A DNA stretch of 64,000 nucleotides, taken from the NCBI GenBank assembly GCA_017620025.1, contig JAFZRF010000065.1:12414-76413 (forward strand). Reading direction: 5' to 3'. Source of the DNA: Ruminococcus sp. (GTDB lineage Bacteria > Bacillota > Clostridia > Oscillospirales > Ruminococcaceae). The notes under the pieces are model-generated. The model did not search any database, was not told the origin of the DNA, and saw nothing but the letters and a program-made list of their open reading frames with translations. Shown here in pieces: positions 17,797 to 27,700 of this stretch; the first letter of the stretch is position 1; every line of letters starts with the position of its first letter. Position numbers and translations under genes: made by a program.

Positions 17797-18753
17797 ATGA
17801 AATATTATGTAGGAATCGATCTCGGCGGCACAAACATCGTTGCAGGTGTAGTTGACGAGAAATACAACATCATCGCAAAGGCTTCCACAAAGACCAACTG
17901 CCCCCGTCCCGACAAGGAGATCGCAGACGATATGGCAAAGATGGCTCTTCAGGCCGTAAAGAACGCAAAGCTTACCATTGACGATATCGAGTGGGTGGGA
18001 ATCGGTACTCCCGGCATCGCAAACAGCGAGACAGGCATCATCGAGTACTCCAACAACCTCGGCTTCAAGGATACTCCCATGGTAAAGTACATACAGGAGA
18101 CTATCGACAAGCCCGTATTCATAGAGAACGATGCCAACGCAGCTGCTTACGGCGAGTTCGTTGCCGGCGCTGCAAAGGGCGCAAAGAACGCTGTATGCAT
18201 CACTCTCGGAACAGGCGTAGGCGGCGGCATCATCATCGACGGCAAGATCTATTCCGGCTCCAACTTCGCAGGCGCTGAGATCGGACATACCGTTATCGAG
18301 GTAGACGGCGCACAGTGCTCCTGCGGACGCAAGGGCTGCTTCGAGGCTTATTCCTCTGCTACAGGTCTTATCCGCATGACAAAGGAGGCTATCGCCGAGC
18401 ATCCCGACAGCATCATGGCAAAGTCAGCAGATGAGAAGGGCAAGGTAACAGCCCGCACCTCCTTCGACTGTATGCGTGCCGGAGACAAGTACGCCAAGGC
18501 TGTAGTGGACAAGTACATCAAGTACCTCGCAGCAGGCATAACCAATACCATCAACATCTTCCAGCCCGATATCCTCTGCATCGGCGGAGGCGTATGCAAC
18601 GAGGGCGACCCGCTCCTCCTCCCCATGAAGGAACTCGTCAAGGAAGAGGTATACACAAGGAACTCCCCCAAGAACTGCAAGATCGTTATTGCCGAACTCG
18701 GAAATGATGCAGGCATCATCGGCGCAGCCTTCTTAGGCAGAGCTAATTCCTGA
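17797..18753 (+). CDS. ROK-family glucokinase
   Basis: GIDLGGT, ENDANAAA, TLGTGVGGG, EIGH, CSCGRKGCFE. Confidence 0.92.
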   Translation: MKYYVGIDLGGTNIVAGVVDEKYNIIAKASTKTNCPRPDKEIADDMAKMALQAVKNAKLTIDDIEWVGIGTPGIANSETGIIEYSNNLGFKDTPMVKYIQETIDKPVFIENDANAAAYGEFVAGAAKGAKNAVCITLGTGVGGGIIIDGKIYSGSNFAGAEIGHTVIEVDGAQCSCGRKGCFEAYSSATGLIRMTKEAIAEHPDSIMAKSADEKGKVTARTSFDCMRAGDKYAKAVVDKYIKYLAAGITNTINIFQPDILCIGGGVCNEGDPLLLPMKELVKEEVYTRNSPKNCKIVIAELGNDAGIIGAAFLGRANS

Positions 18754-18765
18754 GACTGACTTTTC

Positions 18766-18818
18766 CGGCTATATGCACAGTAACCTTACGGAATATTTGT
18801 GCATATAGCTGGTTTTTT
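18766..18818 (+). terminator. Long-stem intrinsic terminator
   Basis: CCGGCTATATGCACA...TGTGCATATAGCTGG followed by TTTTTT. Confidence 0.7.
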
Positions 18819-18888
18819 ATTCTCTCTGCAACAATCACCGCCATTTCCGACACCTTATTTATGAATCGGTTCAAAGGAGGGATTCACC

Positions 18889-19398
18889 ATGACAGATTTC
18901 TCCGCAGACGTAAAGCTCGCACAGGCGGGAGATACTGCCGCTTTCGCACGACTTTACTCTCTTGTATACAAGGATATGTACCATATCGCTCTCTACAGTC
19001 TCCGGAGCAGCCATGACGCCTGCGATGCAGTAAGCGACACGGCGCTCGACGCATTCTCCTCTATCGGCAGTCTGCGTGAACCGGCGGCGTTCAGAAGCTG
19101 GATAATGCGTATACTCTCTGCGAAGATCAAAAAACATCAAAGAGAATACTTTACCGAGACTGAACCTCTCATGGAGGAAACCATACCGGAGGAGGATTTC
19201 AGCTTTGAGAATGCGGAGCTCCACGAGGCCATACAGCACCTCGATCCGCAGTCAAGGCTGATACTCTCAATGTCCGTGCTCGGAGGATATACGAGCAGCG
19301 AGATAGCAGAGGTATGCGGGCTCCGTGCCGGCACGATAAGGTCACGGCTCTCACGCATAAAGGAGAAGCTCCGGCTGGAGCTGAGCGGTATTGCCTGA
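18889..19398 (+). CDS. ECF sigma factor
   Basis: AQAGDTAAF, DACDAVSD, FRSWIMRI, EIAEVCG...GTIRSRLSR; possible ECF promoter TGCAAC-15-CGAC at 18827-18851. Confidence 0.9.
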   Translation: MTDFSADVKLAQAGDTAAFARLYSLVYKDMYHIALYSLRSSHDACDAVSDTALDAFSSIGSLREPAAFRSWIMRILSAKIKKHQREYFTETEPLMEETIPEEDFSFENAELHEAIQHLDPQSRLILSMSVLGGYTSSEIAEVCGLRAGTIRSRLSRIKEKLRLELSGIA

Positions 19399-19411
19399 AA
19401 GGAGAGATAGC

Positions 19412-21748
19412 ATGAATAACGATGAGAAGATAAAGGAGCTCCTTGAGGCTGAGGAGATCCCGGAGGAGATAAGCCCCGAGAATATAAAGGCCATGCTTGA
19501 TGCACAGGCTGCACGCACAGTCAGCGATGAAGCTGCACAGAAGAAGCGCAGCGGCATACGCATCGGCGGACGTATCGCCGCAGCAGCCGCAGCCTGCGCC
19601 CTTATCGCAGGAGGAGGCGCTGCACTGAAAAACGGCGATATACTCCGCAACCATAAAAAAAGCTTCGGCATTGGTACGACCTCAGAGTACAACGAGCCGA
19701 AGTCAAAGGGTGAAGGTCAGCAGAACGACGACATTGACGGCAGCGTCAAGACAGAAGGCAGCGCCGACACCAAGGGCTACGGCAGCAAGGAAGGGACAAA
19801 GGTATCATCAGAGTCCTATATGTCCGGCGCTTCAAGCTACAAGGAGATATACACCCTCTACGAGAAGAGCAGCAAGAAATACGAAAGGCAGCTCAAGAAA
19901 AACAGCAGAAAATACAGTCTTAACGCAGCCGTAGAATCCGTCGCAGACGAAGATGTGAAGGAAGCCCCTATGGCCGTTGAGGACAGTGCAATGATCAACG
20001 GCGAAGACGGACCGACTCTCGGCACCGGCGGCGGCGATGAACAGACAGAGGCCTTCTCCGATACCTTCGAGCAGGAGGAAGGAGTAAAGGAAGCAGACAT
20101 AATCAAGACAGACGGAAAGAACATCTACACCCTGTTCAACTACTACAGCTACAATGACAAAAACGAGGATTATTTCTACTTTGGAAGCACCCAGAAGGCA
20201 TACCTCAACATCGCTCCTGTTGACAAGGGAGATATCGGAGATGTCACCCATATCTGCATAAGCGATAATATAGGCAATGTGTTCGGCGAGCAGTACTTCC
20301 AGGCCGCCACTGCTCAGGATATGTACCTCTACAATGATCTCATCGCAGTTGTGGGTACGGCATACGGCTCACCGGTTTCCTCCGGCAACGGAGAAAGATT
20401 TTACTACGGCTACGATATCAGGAATACTGTATTCGTATCCTTCTATACCTGTACCGACACACCTGAGTATCTCGGCACATACTTCCAGGACGGCTACTAC
20501 AACGATGTCCGCATAACACCGGACGGCTTCATGTATCTTATCTCGGATTACTCTACCGTATCATTCAACAGCATCGAAGATCCCGAGAACATCGACAGAT
20601 ACATCCCCGCCTGCGGCACTGACAAGAACGGCCGCAACTGCATCGATCCTGGCTGTATACTCCTTCCCGGCGACGGGCTGCCTGAAGAATACTGCCTCCG
20701 CTACAGCGTTATGGGAAGCATAGACCTCAGCAATCCCGGCACCTACAGCGTATGTGATACCAAGGCTCTTGCAGGCTTTGCCGGAACGATCTACTGCACA
20801 CCCGACAACATCTACACAGCAAACGGCTACGACAAAACAGAGATCACCCGTATCGCCATCGACGGCGGAAAGATAGAGCCTGCTGCAAGCTGCAAGCTCA
20901 CGGGCTATGTGCTCGATCAGTTCTCCATGAGTGAATACAACGGATACTTCCGTGTAGCTACAAGCGAGAACAGATGGATATCGATCGGCAACACCTTCAC
21001 CGACATGATAGGCTGGTCAGACGACGAGCTCGTCCGCAACAACCATGTATACGTTCTCGATATGGATCTCAATACCATCGGAAGCATCTCCGATTTCGGC
21101 CTTGACGAGAACATCAAGTCAGTCAATTTCAGCGGCGATATCGCTTACGTAGTCACCTACGAGCAGACAGACCCCCTGTTTGCGATAGACCTCAGCAATC
21201 CCGCACAGCCGACAATCATGGATGAGCTCAAGCTCCCCGGCTTCAGCACCTATATGCAGAAGTGGGATGACGGACATCTCATCGGCTTCGGCATCAATGC
21301 CGACGAGGGCGGCGTACAGACCGGCATCAAGGCAGTGATGTTCGACAACTCCGATCCCTATGATCTCAAGGAAGTCGGCTTCTATGCAATTGACAGACAC
21401 AACGACACCTGGCTCTGGTCCGGTGCGACATACGAACACAAGGCACTGCTCATCGCCCCGGAAAAGAACCTCTTCGGATTCCCGGTAACCATCCACGGAT
21501 ACCTGCCGAATACCTATGACCCATATTATACGTCCAAGTATGTATTCCTCTCCTACGACGGTACACAGTTCGTTCAGAGAGGCGAGTTAGCCGAGGATAT
21601 GAACGAAGACGCATATTGTTCCGAATTTGAGAGAGCTCTCTACATCGGCGACTACATTTACGCAGTATCCGGCAACAAGATAATCGCAGCCACTATCGAC
21701 GATATCACAGTGACAGACACAGCAGTTCTCAATCCGTTCAACAGCTGA
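19412..21748 (+). CDS. Putative anti-sigma factor with extracellular beta-propeller domain
   Basis: Short cytoplasmic N-terminus, one TM, then GVKEADIIKTDG, LDQFSMSEYNGYFRVAT, VVTYEQTDPLFAIDLS, ELKLPGFSTY; follows the sigma gene. Confidence 0.8.
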   Translation: MNNDEKIKELLEAEEIPEEISPENIKAMLDAQAARTVSDEAAQKKRSGIRIGGRIAAAAAACALIAGGGAALKNGDILRNHKKSFGIGTTSEYNEPKSKGEGQQNDDIDGSVKTEGSADTKGYGSKEGTKVSSESYMSGASSYKEIYTLYEKSSKKYERQLKKNSRKYSLNAAVESVADEDVKEAPMAVEDSAMINGEDGPTLGTGGGDEQTEAFSDTFEQEEGVKEADIIKTDGKNIYTLFNYYSYNDKNEDYFYFGSTQKAYLNIAPVDKGDIGDVTHICISDNIGNVFGEQYFQAATAQDMYLYNDLIAVVGTAYGSPVSSGNGERFYYGYDIRNTVFVSFYTCTDTPEYLGTYFQDGYYNDVRITPDGFMYLISDYSTVSFNSIEDPENIDRYIPACGTDKNGRNCIDPGCILLPGDGLPEEYCLRYSVMGSIDLSNPGTYSVCDTKALAGFAGTIYCTPDNIYTANGYDKTEITRIAIDGGKIEPAASCKLTGYVLDQFSMSEYNGYFRVATSENRWISIGNTFTDMIGWSDDELVRNNHVYVLDMDLNTIGSISDFGLDENIKSVNFSGDIAYVVTYEQTDPLFAIDLSNPAQPTIMDELKLPGFSTYMQKWDDGHLIGFGINADEGGVQTGIKAVMFDNSDPYDLKEVGFYAIDRHNDTWLWSGATYEHKALLIAPEKNLFGFPVTIHGYLPNTYDPYYTSKYVFLSYDGTQFVQRGELAEDMNEDAYCSEFERALYIGDYIYAVSGNKIIAATIDDITVTDTAVLNPFNS

Positions 21749-21807
21749 TATCACGGCATGACACGAAAGACCTCCTGAGGCATTGCCCCGGGAGGTCTCT
21801 TTTTATC

Positions 21808-23412
21808 TTATTCTGCCTGCGGCTCTTCTGTCTCAGGCTCTTCGGTCACGGATTCAGTTTCCGCAGCAGTCGTCTCCGCTGCTTCTGTCGGCTCTTCCTT
21901 CTTCTTGTTGACGTTCTCGCACAGAGCGTTCACTATACCCTGATACAGAGAAACGGATTCGCTTGCGAAGTTGAAGCCGAAGCTCTCGGGATTGCGTATC
22001 TGCATTACTACCACATAAGAGCCCTTATAGTCGGTGTAGTCTGCGGATTCCTTGTCGTTGCCCTTCTCAGTCTTAAGGCAGCCTGTGATATACAGGAAAT
22101 CTCCCATCCAGGTCTCAGCCGTACCGGTCTTGGCATAGAGAGTGTATCCGTCAGGCACCCATACTCCGATATCGTTGGCAACTCCGAGCATTCCTGCCCA
22201 GAGGTTCTCACGGTACTCCTCCGGTATGGAGGCTATCTTGTCGAAGGACTTGCTGCCCTTCTCAAGCACCTTGCTGAAATCGTTGGTATCAACGGTATTC
22301 TTCAGCACGAACGGCGTGTACATATCGCCGAGGCCTGCCTCGTGGCAGAGTGCCGCAAGGTATATCGGGCAGGTCAGCACGTAGGACTGACCGAAGGCTG
22401 TACGTCTGAGATCGTCGTTGCAGTACATCTCGACGTTGTTGTGTATCTCGCCGAAATCACAGTCTATCGGCGTTATGAAGCGGAATATCTTATCGAGGTC
22501 ATCAAGCACGTCCTTCTTGCCGATCTGATCGAAGGCCTTTGCGAAGTAGATGTTGCTCGAATTGATGAATGCCGAATACAGGCTTCTCTGCATCGGATAG
22601 TTCTTGTTCTTGTCGTGATCCCAGTTTACGATGGTGGCGCCGTCGTCGTACCATTCGCCCTCATCCCACAGTGAGTATATCCCGTGCTTGTCCGACAAGA
22701 CCTCGGACATCATCTTGAAGGTGGAACCGGGCTCGGCGTTCTGGAAGGCCTTGTTGCCGTAGGTGCCCCATGCAAGATCCTCGTCGTGCTTCTTTCCGGC
22801 ATACTCGTCCGGATCATATGACGGACAGCTTACCTGAGCCGCAAGGGAACCGTCTGCACGCATTACCACGGCAGCGCCTTCAAGTCCCATATACGCCATA
22901 TAATCGTATATGCCCTTCTGCAGATCAGAATCAAAGGTGAGCTGTACGGACTGTCCGACCTTCTCGTCCCCGTCTACCGGAGAGGGATTCGGCTTCCTGA
23001 GCTGCTCCTCGAATATGGTATCCATACCCTCGGACATCTCGCTCAGCACATTCGCAAAAGCGACCTTGTAGTCCTCGGTGAATACCCGGACTTCCTTGCC
23101 GTCGCTGTCATGCTTGCTGTATGCAAGCAGCTCGCCGTGTGCATCGTATATATTTCCGCGCATGACATCGGGGACGGCTGTTTCAGTCGTGCCCTCAGTC
23201 TTCGTTTCTGCTGTATCCGTCCCGGCAGGCGCTGTACCCTGCTCTCCGTCATCCCCCGGAGCTGCGGAGGCCTCCTCTTCTGCACCCGTGCTGTCCTCAT
23301 TCATCCCTGAGGAACTGCCTGCCTGCTCCACCACAGAAGCGCATGACGGACACGGCATCAGCACAGAGACCGCCAGCATGGCTGACAGTAGCCGCTTATA
23401 TCTTATATTCAT
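21808..23412 (-). CDS. Penicillin-binding transpeptidase-domain protein
   Basis: SxxK (PGSTFK), SxN (SSN), KTG; RGNIYD; N-terminal signal/anchor. Confidence 0.88.
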   Translation of the reverse strand: MNIRYKRLLSAMLAVSVLMPCPSCASVVEQAGSSSGMNEDSTGAEEEASAAPGDDGEQGTAPAGTDTAETKTEGTTETAVPDVMRGNIYDAHGELLAYSKHDSDGKEVRVFTEDYKVAFANVLSEMSEGMDTIFEEQLRKPNPSPVDGDEKVGQSVQLTFDSDLQKGIYDYMAYMGLEGAAVVMRADGSLAAQVSCPSYDPDEYAGKKHDEDLAWGTYGNKAFQNAEPGSTFKMMSEVLSDKHGIYSLWDEGEWYDDGATIVNWDHDKNKNYPMQRSLYSAFINSSNIYFAKAFDQIGKKDVLDDLDKIFRFITPIDCDFGEIHNNVEMYCNDDLRRTAFGQSYVLTCPIYLAALCHEAGLGDMYTPFVLKNTVDTNDFSKVLEKGSKSFDKIASIPEEYRENLWAGMLGVANDIGVWVPDGYTLYAKTGTAETWMGDFLYITGCLKTEKGNDKESADYTDYKGSYVVVMQIRNPESFGFNFASESVSLYQGIVNALCENVNKKKEEPTEAAETTAAETESVTEEPETEEPQAE

Positions 23413-23514
23413 ATGTAAATCTTCCCGACCTTTATCATTGTTTTACAGGTTGCCCCGTACATATTAATTATAGAGTCTTTTCCGCCTTTTGTCAACAGTT
23501 TACGCCCGTTTCCG

Positions 23515-23658
23515 TCACTGATGATCCTTGTATACCTGAGCGATGATATAGACGAAATAGAACACCCATATTATCCATGTGACAGCCCACCATCCGGTAG
23601 CTATGCTCACAAGGAGATATAACGCCGCTGCGGCTATCGTGACAAAGAGCTTTTTCAT
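23515..23658 (-). CDS. Small two-TM membrane protein (47 aa)
   Basis: GGAGG before ATG; hydrophobic YLLVSIATGWWAVTWIIW. Confidence 0.6.
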   Translation of the reverse strand: MKKLFVTIAAAALYLLVSIATGWWAVTWIIWVFYFVYIIAQVYKDHQ

Positions 23659-23728
23659 ACCGAGACCTCCCGTTATTTTATGATTCAATTCTACCATATA
23701 CGGCATGGCAAGTCAAGACAGGAAATAC

Positions 23729-23757
23729 GGATATCTTTGCAGCAGACGGGCATACTA
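23729..23757 (+). promoter_or_regulatory. Sigma-G-like promoter of spoVAC
   Basis: GGATA-17-CATACTA; consistent with spoVA being sigma-G-dependent. Confidence 0.6.
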
Positions 23758-23776
23758 TCACCGAAGGAGTGATTGC

Positions 23777-24217
23777 ATGATAACACCTCAGGAATACAGC
23801 CGGATGACAGAAGAGGAAGCTCCGGCATCCGACAAGAAAACAGACACCGTCAAGGCATTTCTCATAGGCGGGGCGATATGTACAGCCGGCCAGGTTCTGC
23901 TCACGGTATTCTCCGTACTCGGTGCCGGAAAGGAGGATGCTGCCGCATGGACCTCGGTCGTGCTGATACTCGCCGGCTCGCTCGCCACCGGCACCGGCTG
24001 GTACAGCGCCCTTGCAAAACACGGCGGCGCAGGCACACTGATACCGATAACCGGATTCTCGAATGCGGTATGCTCGGCGGCAGTGGAGGCGCAGTCGGAG
24101 GGACTTATATTCGGCGTCGGCACGAAGATATTCACCATAGCAGGTCCGGTCATCCTCTACGGCACGGCGGCCTCGGTCATCTACGGGCTTGTCTACTACC
24201 TCACCGGTCTTGTATGA
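23777..24217 (+). CDS. spoVAC: Stage V sporulation protein AC
   Basis: AFLIGGAIC, GGAGTLIPITGFSNA, EGLIFGVG, AGPVILYG. Confidence 0.9.
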   Translation: MITPQEYSRMTEEEAPASDKKTDTVKAFLIGGAICTAGQVLLTVFSVLGAGKEDAAAWTSVVLILAGSLATGTGWYSALAKHGGAGTLIPITGFSNAVCSAAVEAQSEGLIFGVGTKIFTIAGPVILYGTAASVIYGLVYYLTGLV

Positions 24218-24249
24218 CCGCACAGAAATCTGCATGAAAAATGCCCGGA

Positions 24250-24362
24250 AAAAGAAAAGTGCCCCGGAAACCGGGGCATTGAAACAAATTAAAATAAATA
24301 TGTGTAGAACAAAAGAAAGGAGACAACAAAACGAGTGTTAATAATTAAGATTATTAAACACT
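24250..24362 (-). ncRNA. Candidate ~113-nt small RNA with an anti-SD seed
   Basis: TTGACG-17-TATAAT (24397-24369), 5' hairpin, UCUCCUUUC, terminator TGCCCCGG-TTT-CCGGGGCA plus T-run; no ORF. Confidence 0.65.
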
Positions 24363-24726
24363 ACAGATATTATAGCCGATTTTTGGTTTTTCGTCAAGGG
24401 AATTCTAAAAAAATATTAGCAACCGCCGGGAATTCCGGCAGTTTGCACAATCTTCCAAAGTCCGTTTACAGCACTATGCACAAGAGTGCATCCCTGACAG
24501 GTATATAACAAAGCGGCATTCTCCCCTGTATTACGGCAAATATACCGATTGTAAGGTGCTGCTAACAACTTTCCGGATAAATTGCGATAAAATTATATTA
24601 TAGCTTGTAATAGCTATTTACAAACAAGATATTTTGTGCTAAAATGGAAGAGCAGTTATATGCGCTCTCAAGGTGTGAAGAGAACGCTCATAACCCCTGA
24701 AAAATCTAAACAGGAGGTCATTCCAA

Positions 24727-27700
24727 ATGGCAATCAAAAGAAAAATGAAGACCATGGACGGTAATAATGCCGCTGCTTGGGTATCGTACCCTTTCACTGA
24801 CGTAGCTGCTATTTACCCCATCACTCCCTCCTCAGTTATGGCTGAGGTCACCGACAGCTGGTCCGCTAAGGACAAGAAGAATCTCTTCGGCCAGCCCGTT
24901 ACCGTTGCTGAGATGCAGTCTGAGGCCGGTGCAGCCGGTACAGTTCACGGCTCACTCTCCGCTGGTGCTCTTACCACTACATACACTGCTTCACAGGGCC
25001 TTCTCCTGATGATCCCGAATATGTACAAGATCGCCGGAGAGCTTCTCCCCAACGTAATCCACGTTTCCGCAAGATGCGTATCTTCCCACGCTCTTAACAT
25101 CTTCGGTGACCACTCCGATATCTATGCCTGCCGTCAGACCGGTTACGCTATGCTCTGCTCAGGCAGCGCTCAGGAGGTTATGGACCTCGGTGCAGTTGCT
25201 CACCTTTCAACAATCAAGGGCAGAGTTCCCTTCCTCCACTTCTTCGACGGATTCCGTACATCACACGAGATCCAGAAGATCGAGACATGGGATGATGCTA
25301 CACTTTACGATCTTCTCGACAAGGATGCAGCTCAGTCCTTCAGAGACAAGGCTCTCCACCCCGAGAGACCTGTTCTCCGCGGCTCTGCTGAGAACCCTGA
25401 CGTATTCTTCCAGGCTCGTGAGGCCTGCAACAAGTACTACGATGCTCTTCCTGCTATCGTAGAGGACTACATGAACAAGGTTAACGACCTTATCGGTACA
25501 GATTACAAGCTCTTCAACTACTACGGCGCAGCTGATGCTGAGCACATCATCGTAGCTATGGGCTCTGTAAACGAGACTATCGAAGAGACTATCGACTACC
25601 TGAACGCTAACGGCGGCAAGTACGGTCTCGTTAAGGTTCGTCTCTACAGACCTTTCGTAGCTTCCAAGCTCGTAGAGGTTATCCCGGACAGCGTAAAGAG
25701 GATCTCTGTTCTCGACAGAACAAAGGAGCCCGGTTCACTCGGCGAGCCTCTCTACCTCGACGTTGTAGCTGCTCTCAAGGGCACTAAGTTCAACGATATC
25801 CCTGTATTCACAGGTAGATACGGTCTCGGCTCCAAGGACACTGTTCCTGCTCAGATCGTTGCTGTATTCAAGAACACAACTAAGCCCAGATTCACAATCG
25901 GTATCAACGATGATGTTACAAACCTCTCACTCCCGCTCGAGGAGAACCCCGATTCAGCTCCTGCCGGCACAACAGCCTGCAAGTTCTGGGGTCTCGGCTC
26001 TGACGGTACTGTAGGTGCTAACAAGAACTCCATCAAGATCATCGGCGACCACACCGATCTCTATGCTCAGGCTTACTTTGCATATGACTCCAAGAAGTCC
26101 GGCGGTGTTACAATCTCACACCTCCGTTTCGGTAAGACTCCTATCAAGTCTACATACCTCATCAACAAGGCTGATTTCGTTGCCTGCCACAACCAGAGCT
26201 ACATCGACAAGTACGATATGGTTTCTGACATCAAGCCCGGCGGTACATTCCTCCTCAACACCATCTGGAGCGTTGACGAGCTCGACAAGTACCTCCCCGG
26301 CCAGGTAAAGAGATACATCGCTGAGAACAATATCAACTTCTACATCATCAACGGCGTTAAGCTCGGTGAAGAGACAGGAATGGGTACACGTATCAACACT
26401 ATCCTCCAGTCTGCTTTCTTCAAGCTCGCTAACATCATCCCCTTCGAGGATGCCCTCAAGTACATGAAGGATGCTGCTGAGGCTTCCTACAGCAAGAAGG
26501 GTCAGGACGTAGTTGAGAAGAACTGGAACGCTATCGATGCAGGTCACCAGAACATCGTTAAGGTTGACGTTCCTGCTGAGTGGAAGAACTGTGCAGATAC
26601 ACAGATGGGTATGCCCCCTGTAACCTGCGCTAACAAGGAGCTCCAGGATTTCGTAAACAACATCCAGATTCCCTGCAACGCTCAGAAGGGTGACAAGCTC
26701 CCCGTTTCCACATTCGTTGACAGAGCTGACGGTACATTCCCGCAGGGCTCTGCTGCATTTGAGAAGCGCGGTATCGCTGTAAACGTTCCTTCATGGGATG
26801 CTTCCAAGTGTATCCAGTGTAACCAGTGTGCTTACGTTTGTCCTCACGCTGTAATCAGACCTGTTGCTATGACAGCTGATGAGCTCGCTAAGGCACCTGC
26901 TCAGACAAAGTCTGCTGACTTCAAGCCCGCTCTCGGCGATCTGAAGTTTGTTATGACTGTTTCCACACTCGACTGCACAGGCTGCGGCGTTTGTGCTAAC
27001 GTTTGTCCTGCTAAGGAGAAGGCTCTCACAATGGAGCCCATCGCTTCACAGATGGATCAGCAGGAAGTATTCAACTACGGTGTTACTATCGACGAGAAGC
27101 CTGAGGTTGCTGCTAAGTTCAAGGCTGACACAGTTAAGGGCTCACAGTTCAGACAGCCCCTCCTCGAATTCTCCGGCGCTTGCGCAGGCTGTGGTGAGAC
27201 TCCTTACGCTAAGCTCGTTACACAGCTCTTCGGCGACAGAATGATGATCGCCAACGCTACAGGCTGTTCTTCAATCTGGGGCGGCAGCGCACCTTCCACA
27301 CCTTACACAGTAAACAAGCAGGGCAGAGGTCCGGCTTGGTCCAACTCACTCTTCGAGGACAACGCTGAGTTCGGTTACGGTATGTACCTCGCTCAGGAGA
27401 CACTCAGAAAGAGAGTTACTGACAAGGTTCTCGCACTCAAGGAGAAGGCTACAAAGGACGATGTAAAGGCTGCTATCGATGAGTATCTCGATACATACAA
27501 CGACGGCGCTGCTAACAACATCGCTACAGACAAGCTCGTAGCTGCTCTCGAGGCTTGCGGATGCGACGATGCTAAGGCTATTCTTGCTGAGAAGGATTAC
27601 CTCTCCAAGAAGTCTCAGTGGATCTTCGGCGGTGACGGCTGGGCTTACGATATCGGCTTCGGCGGTCTCGACCACGTAATCGCACAGGGCAAGAACGTTA

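Noticed and set aside
24315-24508. Plus-strand ORF after GAAAGGAG (GTG at 24335)
   Set aside because: RBS spacing is long (~12 nt) and I saw no plus-strand promoter; the minus-strand promoter, hairpin and terminator explain the region better
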